Below are positions 1 to 12,400 of a stretch of DNA of 64,000 bases, piece after piece; position 1 is the first letter of the stretch; each line of letters begins with the position of its first letter. Made by a program: the position numbers and the translations under genes. This DNA is from a virus (taxonomy: Duplodnaviria; Caudoviricetes): IMG/VR virus record IMGVR_UViG_3300032007_000078, positions 4,118-68,117 of that record; one strand, written 5' to 3'. The notes under the pieces are model-generated. The model was not told the origin of the DNA and searched no databases. It saw only the letters and a list, made by a program, of their open reading frames with translations.

Positions 1-8
1 ACTTAGTT

Positions 9-404
9 ATGTCGATAGTTTCTGGATCTTTATCTAAAATCTCGGCTAATGAATTAGTAAGGTCAGGAGTTCCAATGCCCCGTGAAAATTTTGGTAATCC
101 TTATCTTGAGGAAACTCTTAAGAAGCTTCATTACGTAGAAGGTTTTAACTATACTATCGGAGATAAGAGTGCCAGTGATAATTTTAGTATGGCCCAAGGT
201 AGATTTATAGTGACTATTCCTTCTGGTAGTGATTCGGAGAAAGAGATAGATAAGGCATGGAAATCTTTTAAGGGTAAGATAAATAAGTGTGTTACTGGCA
301 AGGTATCGATTTATACTTATGCCATCGAGAGTAGAAAAGATTTTGAGTTCATCTTAAAGAAATTGATGTCTACAAGAATAACTTTTAATATATTCGAAGG
401 ATGA
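9..404 (+). CDS. hypothetical protein (131 aa)
   Basis: ATG-to-TGA ORF overlapping the next start (ATGA coupling); no recognisable motif. Confidence 0.6.
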   Translation: MSIVSGSLSKISANELVRSGVPMPRENFGNPYLEETLKKLHYVEGFNYTIGDKSASDNFSMAQGRFIVTIPSGSDSEKEIDKAWKSFKGKINKCVTGKVSIYTYAIESRKDFEFILKKLMSTRITFNIFEG

Positions 405-763
405 TTGTACTCAGAACGAAAACATATTCAAGAAATGTTATGCTACAAAGAATAACAGAAAAGCTTGATAAAGAAGGAATTCAGGATTATGAGATTGGTC
501 GTAGAATTCCGAGTGATACTGTATCTATAACATCGGACTTAGGTAATTTAAGGATTAACTTACCTTTGGACAGTGAATATAGTCAGTATGATATAGATAA
601 TTTTGTAAGAAGTAAGTTTGGTAGTTTTGTAAGAACGACTACCAAGCAAGATAGAGATATTTTTGTCATGACTTTATCGACGAAGCTGAATGAGAGTCAG
701 TATTATAAGTTGGTAAAATTCCTGATAGAGATATCTGAATTTTTGGTTATACTTGAAAATTAA
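401..763 (+). CDS. hypothetical protein (120 aa)
   Basis: Translationally coupled to the previous ORF; ends TAA. Confidence 0.65.
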   Translation: MIVLRTKTYSRNVMLQRITEKLDKEGIQDYEIGRRIPSDTVSITSDLGNLRINLPLDSEYSQYDIDNFVRSKFGSFVRTTTKQDRDIFVMTLSTKLNESQYYKLVKFLIEISEFLVILEN

Positions 764-770
764 TATAGGA

Positions 771-1211
771 ATGGCAAATAATGAAGATATGGCCTCTAAA
801 CTTTTGGAGAGAGCCAATAAAATATATTCGATTGGTTTAAAAAATATAAATCTCCAAATGAAACTTCTTGGTACTGATTTTGTTGTACTCCGACCTAAGG
901 AGAATTCAAAATGGAAGAATGTTTTTGGAGGTTCATATTCTTCTGACAGTACTCTCGAGAATGATTATGAACAATTTACTACAAGATTGATCATAAACTT
1001 AAATGACATGAGAGATGTTTGGAATAGAAACCGGGATACAGTAGAGTCTTATAGCCCTGATGGTTCTCTTAAGGTAGGTGATGAATTACAGTTTACTAGA
1101 AATAAGAGAACGTATAGGTTTAAGATATCTATGAAGTAGGGTTATAGTGAAGATGCAGGAGTATTATTCACTTACACCTTATCTAGCATAATTGAAACTC
1201 TAGACGAATAA
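771..1211 (+). CDS. putative neck/head-closure protein (T4 gp14-like), TAG read as Gln
   Basis: Reading through TAG 1137-1139 extends the ORF to TAA 1209-1211, which overlaps the next ATG at 1211. LGTDFVVLRPK and position before the sheath suggest a neck protein; function is inference. Confidence 0.45.
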
Positions 1212-4200
1212 TGAATGAAGCAGATAAGTTAAGATAGGAAAGAATTGATATGCCTGGTTCTGAGAAATTTACACGTCCAGAGGAGATTAAAGCTCTTTCT
1301 AAATATCTTGGAGCCATACGAGAGACGATAGATAGTAGTATAGAATTAGAGAGTCAGCTTCTTGGTGTACCTGGGAGAACTACTGGTAAGATTCCTGAGA
1401 TTTCCAAGTTATCAGAGAAGGTAATAGAGAAACCAGATAATCAGAACCAGGAAATAAGTAATTTAGGTAAGAAGAAGGTTAAGGTATCAGATAAAGAAAT
1501 ATCGGTTCCTAAGTTATCTACAAAAAAATTAGGTATTTCTGATCTTAGAGAATTAGGTTTATCTGAGAAAATGTAGAAACTTGAAGGAACATAGGAAGTT
1601 GATTCATTACGTTCAAAGATTCTATAGTTACAAGATACAAGAGATCAAGAATTAAGTAAAACAAGACTGGACCTAGAAGATCAAAGACAAGTCGAGTTAG
1701 AAGAAAAGCGACTTGATATAAAAGATCTTCCTGATATTAGTCTTGAAGATAAAAAACTTGATCTATCTGGTATTAAAGAATCGGAATTATCAGAAAAGCG
1801 CTTAGAAATTCATGACGATAGAAAATACGGCCTCTCAGATAAACGCATAGATATTTCTGATATCCCCGAATCTAAGTTATCCGAGAAGAGATTAGATATT
1901 TCCGACCTACGAGATACAAAGTTAGGAGATAAAAAATTAGAGTTATCCGATGAGAGATAGGTAGAACTTTCAGAGAAGCGTTTAGATATTGAGGCCGAAG
2001 AAATATCGTCATTAGAAAATAAGCGCTTAGATCTCTATGAAATACCTGAGTCTAACCTGAGTGATAAAAAAATATAGATCTCAGATACTAGAGAAACAAG
2101 GCTAAGTGATAAACTTCTGAATCTATTTGATATCCCTGAACCTGAATTATCCGAGAAGAGACTAGATATTTCAGACCTACGAGAAACTGAATTATCTGAA
2201 AAAAGATTAAATATTTCAGACCTACGAGAAACTGAATTATCTGAAAAAAGATTAAATATTTCAGATCTTCGTGAAACTGAATTATCCGAGAAGAGACTAG
2301 ATATAGAAGATACTAGAGATCCTGAATTATCTGAAAAAAGATTAAATATAGAAGATACTAGGGAAACTGAGTTACCTGAAAAAAGACTAGATATTACAGA
2401 CCTTCGAGAAACTGAATTATCCGAGAAAAGATTAGATATTTCCGACCTACGAGAAACAGAGTTACCTGAGAAGAGATTAGATATAGAAGATACTAGAGAT
2501 CCTGAATTATCTGAAAAAAGATTAAATATTTTCGATCTTCGTGAACCTGAATTATCTGAAAAAAGATTAGATATAGAAGATACTAGGGAAACTGAATTAT
2601 CCGAGAAGAGATTAGATATAGAAGATACTAGAGATCCTGAATTATCTGAAAAAAGATTAGATATAGAAGATACTAGGGAAACTGAGTTATCCGAGAAAAG
2701 ATTAGATATTTCAGACCTTCGAGAAACTGAGTTATCTGAGAAGAGATTAGATATAGAAGATACTAGAGATCCTGAACTTTCCGATAAAATAATTTCTCCA
2801 GAAGGTAATTATGTAGATGTCAAGATTTCTAAGACTCTTGATGAAACAGACTAGAATTCTTTAGGTGAAATTAAACTTTCAGATGATCGGGAAATTTAGA
2901 TAGATAAAACTCTAGATGATACAGAAGAACATTCAGAAGGTAGAATTAAGTTTACTGATCTTCGTGAGTATAAGTTAAATAAAACTCTGGAAGATACTGA
3001 AAATAATTCTAAAGGTAAAATAAAACTCTCAGATATTTGGAATCCGACTGAAATTGATGAGACTCTGGAAGATACTGAGGAACATTCTAAGGGTAGAGTA
3101 AAAATTTCGGATACCAGAGAAATTTAGATAGATAAAACTCTAGACAATACAGAAGAACATTCGATAGGAAATATTAAAATTTCTGATACTCGAGAACTTT
3201 CCGAACTTGCTAGTAGTATTAAAGATCTAGGTAAAATTGAAGACACTAGGGAAGATTTAGAATTACCTTAGGATCTTGAAGATACAGAAGAAAATTCTAG
3301 GAGTAAGGTTTTTCTAGATGATACTCGGGGGAATCTAAAACTTGAGGATAATATAGAAGGTCTAACTAATAAAAATCCAGGAGGTGAAATAGAAGAGTTA
3401 CATAATTCTTTAATTGCATAGGTTGAAAATATGCATGGTACTCCTGAAGAACTATATGATTCTCTTATCTAGATGGCATCTGATTATTCTAAATGGTCAG
3501 AACTAGAGGAAGAAGATTATGAGTCTCTAAGGAAATTAACAAATAAACTTTCTGATGATGACTTATATAATGTAGCTATAACAATGGCTTCTTCTGGTGA
3601 AAGAGGTTCTGGTGATGCGTCTAGTTGGTTTTCCAAAGTATCTGCACAAATGTCTTCTTACCTAAGTAGTGCTAATGCTTCTACCGAAAGGCTTAAAGGA
3701 TTTATTGAGGCTTCTTAGAATAATGCAGAGATGGCTATTCAAGGAGCAAAAGCTATAGAACTATCTTCATATAATAATTCAGAGATTACAGAATTAGGTG
3801 ATAAAAAAGTAAATCTAGAATATAATACCTCCAAAACTAATAGTATTTGGGCAAAAGCAGCTGAGTCTACTAGTGGGATGAGTAGTATAACAAGAAGAGA
3901 TGCTATAGATAAGCTGATTATATAGATGCTTGACAATGGTAGAAGAAAAGTTAGTCTACCAGGAAATCTAGTAGATGTCAAAGGCCTTGTAGGAAATGTG
4001 ACTGGATTACTTACTGGAACTGCACAACATCCTAATCCAATAAATCATCCTTTATCTGTTGCTGGAGTAAAACTTCCTGGTGGTCCTGGTGATGCTTTTT
4101 ATCAACCCGCCAATAGTAGAATTTCATTTAATTCACCTCCCGATATTCCTGTATTCTATAATTCTTACTGGAGTTCTGAAAGTTTTAAATCTACATTATA

Positions 4201-5074
4201 TGATCTTTGTCCTGGTGCCGGTGCTGCTCCTATAGTTAGTCTTATGGAATTGAAGACTATACTTGAAGGTAGTCCGTATATTACAACTCCAGGAAGATTT
4301 TCTACAGTAACAAAGGGATTATATAAATCACAAACCCTCGATACTAATATGTATTGGGAAATTACTATAAATCCTTACTGTAGTTCAGGAGGAACCGCTG
4401 ATAATGGTGGATATTCTTATCTCCCATCAATCAGGGAAATAAATGTAGAAAATAAGAAACAACATGATATAATCACCAACTACGGATCTTGGGCACCTAT
4501 TACTGGGTTTGAACTTCAGAAGACTAAACTAAGTACAAGGAGTATACCACTATTTAATGGAGAAATTCAATTTCCAGATGGACTAGAATTTACAAATGAA
4601 CTTAGACTAACATTTGTAGATGATTCTTGGAAGTCATGGAGAAGATATTTTGAGAAGTGTGCTAAAGTAGCTGCATATAATTCTACTCCTCATATGACAG
4701 ATCATTACTTAAATCTTTATCCAGATCCTACTGAAATAGATGAGACTTTGATGATGGTAGCTCTATATAAGAATATAACTTTTGATATTACAGTATATGT
4801 TCTTAATCCTCAGTTTAATATGCTTAAGAAATATAGATTACTCTGTGTTCTTAAAGATTTTAGTGAGGATTATGTTGGTGAAATAGATGCAGGAGGAACA
4901 GATTTAACAGTTACTTTCTCTATAGTAGGTGAAAATCCAGATTCTAATTTTGTAAAAGTTTTAGATAATGCAAGTAAAGTAGTAGAATAGATAAAGGATA
5001 CTGCTATTATTGCCGCATCAGAAACTCAGAAATTAATTGTTGGTGCCGTCAGAGACAGTATAGGACTACTTTAA
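1211..5074 (+). CDS. 1287-aa virion protein: long charged repeat region plus C-terminal tail-tube-like domain (code 15)
   Basis: Track fragments 1250, 3473, 3731 and 3926 are in one frame separated only by TAG. C-terminal ELRLTFVDD resembles tube/gp48/gp54-type folds. Ends TAA 10 nt before the sheath start. Confidence 0.75.
1700..2780 (+). repeat. coding tandem repeat, 45-bp unit (15 aa, consensus SEKRLDISDLRETEL), about 24 copies
   Basis: Unit spacing seen directly (tcagacctacgagaaactga at 2171 and 2216); the later copies are near-identical and in frame. Confidence 0.95.
2828..3200 (+). repeat. degenerate coding repeat, about 75-bp unit (about 25 aa, KTLxDTEEHSxGxIKxSDxRE), about 5 copies
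   Basis: Seen on translation of the 1211 frame. Confidence 0.8.
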
Positions 5075-5083
5075 AAGATAATT

Positions 5084-7435
5084 ATGTATTTAAAACTAGG
5101 AAAACAAAACTTACAGTACTATCAGAATACTAGTGATTGGATGATAATGGCTGAAGTTGTAGATTCTAGCCTATCTTTTGAAACTCCTATACTAGTTAGA
5201 ACTACTGATGAGTTAGATATGTGGTTTGGTCGTAATTTTTCAGACTACGACTATATGAAAGAACTTATACAAAATGGAGTAGTTCTTCTATTGTATAAGC
5301 CGATCTTAACTGAAACAACAGGATCAGATGGATATGTTGATCTTTCTATGTATACAGAACTTCCTAATGTTTGGTTAAGAGATAATGAATTGGATTGGAT
5401 AACTAAAGTATTAGATAGTCCAGAAAATTGGAAATTTATTTATGATAATTCTGAAGTAGGATTTCTTTTAGATGATAATAGAAAAATTACGGAACTAACG
5501 GAAGATGTAGAGGGAAGAGAATTATGTACTCTAGATCCAGTTAGAGAAGAATTACCAGATCAAATAAAAGAAATCTATAATACTTAGAATCCTGAATTTC
5601 ATGTTTATGATTCTGAAGATCTTTGGATATTTAATGAGGGAGAAATTTTAGATGTAGAATACTTACCTCAAAACATAAATAATACTAGTAAGTCTTTTGA
5701 TAATCATGATACTTTAGTAATTTCAACTCCAGAAGAAAACATAAAATATACATATCTTGATTACTTAACTGGAGAACAATATTTAGGAATCTATAAGGAT
5801 AAATATCTAGTTTCTCAGTGTCCAGTGTTAGATCATGGATACATAGATTAGATAGATTCAGATCAAGTTGCTTCAGGTACATAGTCTTTAGTATTTTCAT
5901 ATTCAGGAGAAGGAAATAACTTAACTGACTATATAGTCATTCCTTCTGTTAGTGAGTTTGGAAAATATTACTTACTATATGGTGATGAAAATTCTGTTCC
6001 TTCAGATATACTTAGTAGATTCTAGAATAAGAAAAGAATTGATTTCCAGAGAATTAGTCAAGAGTTATAGGAATTAGGTTATAAAACAGTAACCTATAAT
6101 AATAAAATCTATACGTATTCCAATAAGATACTTCCTGTTTTGTGGTTTTATAAATCAAATACGTTTACTTATAGTCCAGAAATAGAAATTACAGAAAAAA
6201 TAATTTCAGGATATATGGAAAGTGGATTATAGGTAGTAAGTAAAACTATAGGAAGAAGTTCAGAATATGAAGATGATTTGATTAGTTTTACTATTGAAGA
6301 ATCTGACCTAGGAGAAGATTATTATAGAGTTACAGTAAGAAGATATGATTATTCCGAGATATTTGAAGGAACATTAACTCCGGTGATTGGTGAAGAAGAT
6401 AGATTAGACTTTAAAATATCCAAAAATTCTAAATTAGTTTCTTGCGAATTACTTGGAGGAGATAAACTAAGATTAGGAGAATATAAACTTAGAGGAGCAA
6501 CAATAGAAGAAACAACTCCAGAAATGTTTGTATATTCACTAGATGTAATGTTGTCTGATGATTCTTCTTATCCGGATTTCTTCTTAGTACCTGACAAATA
6601 TAAATACATTAAAAATATAGATCTTGACAATAATTATTTTGGTATATATGATAAATTCTTAAGTTATTCGAAAGATAAAAATTGTCAGTTCTTAGTTGGA
6701 AACAAGTCATTTACAGATTTATTCAATATAGTAGAAGTAGATAAATTACCTAATCCTACAAAGGAAGGTACATACTATAAGATAGGTGACAACTACTATG
6801 ATTCGAATGGAGATCTAGTAACTGATGAATGGTTCCTAAAGATGTCAGTAGATGGAGGAGATTATTCTATGAACTTATGTGAGACAGAGAATAGGCTAGT
6901 ATATTTCTTTAAAGATTTGATTGTAGGATTTAGACTTCCTAGACCTGGATACTATGCCTTCCTTCAGAGTGTCTTATTTAATGAATTTTCTATCTCTAGA
7001 AATGACCTCTACTATGATGAAGATCCAGTAGAAGATGGTTTCTTAGATTATCCGATAGAAGAAGTTTTGGAGAAATATAAATCAAACTTCTTAGTAAATA
7101 ATAATCAAGACTATTATTATAAAAAATACTTCAGTGGTTTTTCTCCGATTACTACAATATGGATGAGATTTACTTCTGGAAAAATCGAAAGGGAATTAAA
7201 GAAACATCAAGGAGAATTCATAGGTCAGAAACTATTAGGTAAAGTAAACTCCAGTATTTCAGATATTTTAAAGTCTATCGTTGATAACTTTAAGATTGTA
7301 AAAAGTTGTTAGATGACAGAATTTGAACCCTCTGGAGAAAACCTAAAAGTTACTGTTGAAACATACGTAAATGATCTAGTAGACAATCATGTCGTACTAG
7401 ACTTCACATTAAACTATATTATTAACGAAAATTAA
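5084..7435 (+). CDS. tail sheath protein (783 aa, code 15)
   Basis: N-terminal PILVRTTDELDMWFG resembles the sheath PxxxxxxxELxxxFG motif. Fragments 5084 and 6278 are in one frame joined through TAGs. Ends TAA 2 nt before the tube gene. Confidence 0.8.
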
Positions 7436-7437
7436 TT

Positions 7438-8028
7438 ATGCCTACATCAGTTAGAGATCTTGTGCGTGGTTCTGACCTGCACATGAAATTTGTTGACTAT
7501 CATGAGTCATATTGGGATGATAATAAGGAATTTCTGCGTGGTGATATGTGGCAGTTCGACTTCCTTAATCCCCCGAAGATTGTATTCTATCCTGGTGATG
7601 AGATTATTCATAAGCGTCTTAATCAAGTTAACCTGAGTATGGATACAAGTGTTAATGGTTTCGAAAAGAGAATGCGTGGTAACTATGTTATTCGTCAGCA
7701 GACAGGACAATCTACAAATGGTCAGATTACTTTGTCATTTATTGATAAAGAAGACCAGGCTATTGCTTACTTTGTTGATGACTGGAAACAGAAGATTGCA
7801 GATCGTGATACCAAATATTCTTTCCGTAAGGAGGATGTTGTTTGTGATTGCGAGATGTTTATCACTAACTCTAGCCGTATCGACGTTCGTCACCTTACTT
7901 TCTACAACTGTATTATTATGGATGCTCCACTCGATGAGAATGGTGTAGATTCAGATGGTACAGATCGTAGTGATATTCAGCTTAGTCTTGCTTTCGAGCA
8001 TTATGAGCGTGAGTTCTTGAACCTGTAA
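7438..8028 (+). CDS. tail tube protein (T4 gp19-like)
   Basis: 196 aa directly after the sheath; ITLSFIDKED and LSLAFEHY tube-like motifs; biased codon usage typical of high expression; no TAG. Confidence 0.8.
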   Translation: MPTSVRDLVRGSDLHMKFVDYHESYWDDNKEFLRGDMWQFDFLNPPKIVFYPGDEIIHKRLNQVNLSMDTSVNGFEKRMRGNYVIRQQTGQSTNGQITLSFIDKEDQAIAYFVDDWKQKIADRDTKYSFRKEDVVCDCEMFITNSSRIDVRHLTFYNCIIMDAPLDENGVDSDGTDRSDIQLSLAFEHYEREFLNL

Positions 8029-8198
8029 GATAATATTCGATAGGAAGTATGACAAAAGATCCTAAATATTAATGTAATTGATAGAAAATATATTATAATG
8101 AATCAACAATTTAGTACTAACTTAAAATGAATATTTTAGTAAGTACAAGACATTATAATATTAATCAATTATTAATTAATATTAATGTAAGCTTGGGA

Positions 8199-8275
8199 TT
8201 TTCCTGGCTCTACCAGGAAAACAAAGAGTGTACAGGGCATGTAGTTTGTCCACACATTGTGATCTTCGATCACAA
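8199..8275 (+). terminator. two hairpins after the tube gene (terminator or processing site)
   Basis: TTTTCCTGG-CTCTA-CCAGGAAAA (8199-8221) and TTGTGATC-TTC-GATCACAA (8257-8275). Confidence 0.55.
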
Positions 8276-8376
8276 GTCGAAAGTAAATTTCTATAGTTTT
8301 TCTATGAAATTTATAACTATGGGAAATAAAAAACCCATACTTCCTATCACCTTTGCAAATTTTAATGAAATGATTT

Positions 8377-9147
8377 ATGGAAATTATTAGTTCATATCTT
8401 CCAAGCGCAGGAATTGGTTATGATTTTAGTAGTATACATCTAGAACCAATGACTTTCTTAGAGATGACACAATATGTAGACGGAGTAAAAGATATTAGTG
8501 ATATAGAAAGATATTTTTATGATATAAGAATGTTAGCTCACGAAGATGCAAATATTCTTAATTGCTATATTATGGATATTGATTTCTTGATATTCTATAA
8601 AAAATTAATCTCAGTATCTGGAAATACTAATCTTACTGTATCTGTTAAATGTCCTGATTGTGGAACTATAATAAAGAAGGAAATTAGTCTTGAGAAAGAT
8701 ATTAAGTTTGAAAACATAGATGAAAAAATAATGGGTGGAGCTATTATTGATCTCGGAGGAAAAAGATATGAGACAAAAGTTCCATTAGTAAAAGATCTTC
8801 TTAAAGTATTTGATGTCTTTAAGAGATATTCTAGAGTGAGTGATCTTAAAATGATGAAGACTATCTCACTTTTTAAAGATTTTGAAACGAAAAGTCAACA
8901 GATCGAAAATGATGTATTAGGTGCTACAAGAGGTGATATTACTTTATTACTGGCACTTCGGGACCTATATTTCGATCGTGTAGAACCAGTAAAGGTATTT
9001 TGTCCTAATTGTAACAAAGGAAAATCAGTATCAGAAAGGAGGAGTATGACAGTAAGCGTTGATTCACTTATTGTCGATTTCTTTCAATCAGTCTGTCTCA
9101 ATTGCGGACTTGATGGCTCTAAAATTCTATTTAAACAAATTTCTTAA
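8377..9147 (+). CDS. tail assembly chaperone / baseplate hub assembly protein (T4 gp26-like)
   Basis: Lies between tube and tape measure genes; two CxxC motifs (CPDC, CPNC); VDFF near the C-terminus. Confidence 0.65.
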   Translation: MEIISSYLPSAGIGYDFSSIHLEPMTFLEMTQYVDGVKDISDIERYFYDIRMLAHEDANILNCYIMDIDFLIFYKKLISVSGNTNLTVSVKCPDCGTIIKKEISLEKDIKFENIDEKIMGGAIIDLGGKRYETKVPLVKDLLKVFDVFKRYSRVSDLKMMKTISLFKDFETKSQQIENDVLGATRGDITLLLALRDLYFDRVEPVKVFCPNCNKGKSVSERRSMTVSVDSLIVDFFQSVCLNCGLDGSKILFKQIS

Positions 9148-9424
9148 AGTTGACAATATAGAACAATACTCACTTTCTCAATTAGTAGAACTCAAGGATA
9201 CTTATCAGTCATTCTTAGATGATAGTGAAGGTTATGATCCAGACTTCCCGATGACTACATTTGGTGATGGTAAAGGTAAGAAAGTTGGTGGTACTAATAT
9301 TCATACAATTACTAAACCTATCGAAGCTGAGGAAAACATGGATAATATACCTAGTGCTCCTAAGAAGAAATCAGAAGATGTTAACGCTAGAGCACTTGAG
9401 TTCCTAAAAAATATGGGATTATAA
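9113..9424 (+). CDS. small tail assembly chaperone (T4 gp51-like); may be the frameshifted extension of 8377-9147
   Basis: Overlaps the upstream ORF in the +1 frame; YSLSQLVEL resembles gp51-type YSLTELE; precedes the tape measure gene. Confidence 0.55.
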   Translation: MALKFYLNKFLKVDNIEQYSLSQLVELKDTYQSFLDDSEGYDPDFPMTTFGDGKGKKVGGTNIHTITKPIEAEENMDNIPSAPKKKSEDVNARALEFLKNMGL

Positions 9425-9436
9425 AATTAATATAAC

Positions 9437-12400
9437 ATGGCAACGAATTCTAGACAAGAGTTAGATAAGAAAACGAAAAAGCTAAGTAGTTCTGGGAGAA
9501 TTGAATAGGGAAAAGAACATGCCGCATATCAAGAAACTCAGCAGCAACTATTAGCTATATAGGCCGAAAGACAGCAAAATTTGGCAGTGGCAAGAGCAGA
9601 GTCTCAGGCAGATTCAAATCTAAATCAAACTCTAGCTCAAGCTGCAGAACTCGGAGCTGTAAGTGCGGCAGAAGCAGAACAAGCAGCAATGGCAGGAGGA
9701 GAACAAACAGTAAATCCTGCCACACTTGCTGTCTTAAATAAATATGGAATGGGCAAACCTAGAATATAGAGAGCCCAATCTCACAATCAACAAGTTACCA
9801 AACAAAATATTACGATAAATAATAATAATTCGGTAACTACAAAAAATGATGTTCACGTTCCGGCAGGTATTGGTGGACCTTTACAAGGTAGACCAGTACA
9901 GTTTAGGCCTCAAGCTAAAACAGCAGATAGTACAGGAAAATTTAAGGCCTGGATATCTTCTGCATTTGCTAGATAGAAAGAGGAAGGGGCACGAAGAGAT
10001 AGAGAATATAGACATAGAGAATCAAGTCTAACTAAATCTGCTTCTAGGATGATGAAGAAACTAGAAGAGATAGGTAAGACAATCGGAACAAGAATGGATC
10101 CTAGAAAAATTGGATCAACATGGACATCACAAATTAAAACTCTTCTATTCCTTTTTGGATTTGGATATCTTGCTAATAACTGGGTAAAAATACTTGGTTG
10201 GGTTGAAAAAATTGCAGATTGGATAAAGGGTACTTGGGAATATTTTACAGATGATAGTAAAGGAGAAACAAAATTCACTGCAAAAATCAGATCTCTTCTT
10301 GGTGGAGAACAAGGAGAAACATTAGCATAGGCTTTTGGTAGATTACTTGTAGGAGAAGATGGTCTTTGGGGATTAATTAAAGCTTATTTTAATGATTTCA
10401 TAAAGGACAGGGCTGATGCTATTAAGTTAGTTAAATTTCCTGAGCTAGAGTGGTCTGATTTAGATAATCCTATAGAAGCATTTAAAAAGATATTAGGATA
10501 TTTAGGTAATCTAATAACTGTTGCTATTGGTGGATCAGAATCAGCAGAAAAGGCAATTAGTTCTCAGATAAGAAGTAATGCAGACTTAGCAGGTAGAGTT
10601 AATGCACTTGAAAGTAGTTCCGTAGTAGAAAAAACAGGAGAGTACAAAACTTCTGAGGGTGATCTAAAGGCTGACCAAGGAATAGAAAATATAATAAGAT
10701 AGAATCTTAAAGGAAACTATACCGGTATTACACATCATACATTAGATGATGATGGTAATATTAGTAGAGAATATGGAGCAGAAGCTGGATATTCTGTAAG
10801 TAGTGACATTTTAAGATTAAATAAATTAGCTGAGAGCGGAGATATAAGATCTGGTGAAATATCTAGAGATTTTGAGAGACTATATAATGCTGCCAAAGTA
10901 GAAGAGTCTGAAGGAAATACCGGTGTCGTAGTATCTAATGCTCTATTAAATAAGTACCTAAGTAATGAAGAAAAATCTCAATATATGAGAGAAAATAAAA
11001 TAAAAAATATTCAATACTTTAAGGTACTTAGAAAGAAAAATAATACAGATAAATCTTTAGAAGGAACTGATGCTGAACAAGCCCTAGTAAAAGCATTCTC
11101 TAACAAAGCTGTAGCTGATGCTATTGGAGTGGGAGATTATTCTCCAAGAACTTTAGCTACTCTTACTGGAGGTACATTAGTAGGTGCAGGTGTTGGATTA
11201 GTAGGTGGGCCTATTGGTGCATTAATTGGTGCTTATCTAGGAAAAAAAGTAGGAGATATTATTAATTCCAAAGAAGCTCGAGCTGTAATTGATTATTTAT
11301 ATACTAAATTTAAGGATATAGTATCTAATGACTACAGAGTAGAGTATGTCCGTCAATTGAGAGATGGTGATATTCCTATTCTAGATGACAAAGGAAATAA
11401 TGCAAAAACTACAGTAATAGAAGCAGGTTCTGAAGTAGTTCAATCTATGGCTAATAAGGCTGCTGGATCACAAGAACCTGTAACTGTAAGTTCCACTAAT
11501 AAGCAGTTTGTAACTTCTTTGGAAGATCAATTACGGAAACCATTAGAAACGAAATTAAAAGAAAAAGAAGAAGCTTTTAATAAAAAATATGATGGTTCTG
11601 GAAAATATGGTCAAAAAGAATTAGCAACTGCTAAGGGAGAAGAGCCTACTTGGTGGGTAGATAAAAGAAAAGTTCGTAATGCACAAGATCGAGCAGAAGT
11701 TTATAGACTACATGAAGATTATCTAAAAGAAAAAGAAGAAATAGCCACACTTAGAGAGAATTTAAACAAAAGTGATAATAACTCTCAGTTATATAGTGAA
11801 CTAGAATCTATTCAAAAATCTAGAAAACAACGCGAAGATGAATTCAATGAAAAACTTGAATCTAATCGTGTCTATAAAATGGCTAATGAATGGGAACAAA
11901 CTTTTGACGAGGTTGTAAGTCCTATTGCAAATTTAGTAACAAATGTTGGTGGTAGATCTTTTAATATAAAGGCAGATAATAAGACTGTTGATAATGCTAC
12001 TCTTAAATATAGAAAACAATATTTAATGAAAGCATTAACAGGGAAAGGCCTTAGTAAAGCCGCAGCAGCAGGAATTATAGGAAATCTAGAAGGAGAAGGT
12101 CTAAAAAATCCTACTGATAGATGGACTAGGGATCCAAATAAAGCGCATCCTGATGGAAAATCTGTTGGTATAGCACAATTTCATAATTATGGTATGTTTC
12201 CTGCATTGGAAAAATGGGCTAAAGATAGAGGAAGACGCTGGGAAGATTTTGAAACCTAGGCAGATTTTATAGCTGAACATGCTGTTACAAAGAAAATAGC
12301 AAATCTTACCAAAAACTTATCTCCACAAGACTCATTGAAAAAATCAGCTATTATCTGGGGACGTGATTTTGAAGTATTTACTGGTCATGATGCTGCAGAT

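Noticed and set aside
1700-2780. 45-bp repeat array as a CRISPR array
   Set aside because: No unique spacers, unit length is a multiple of three, variation is largely codon-level inside an ORF, and no cas genes are nearby.
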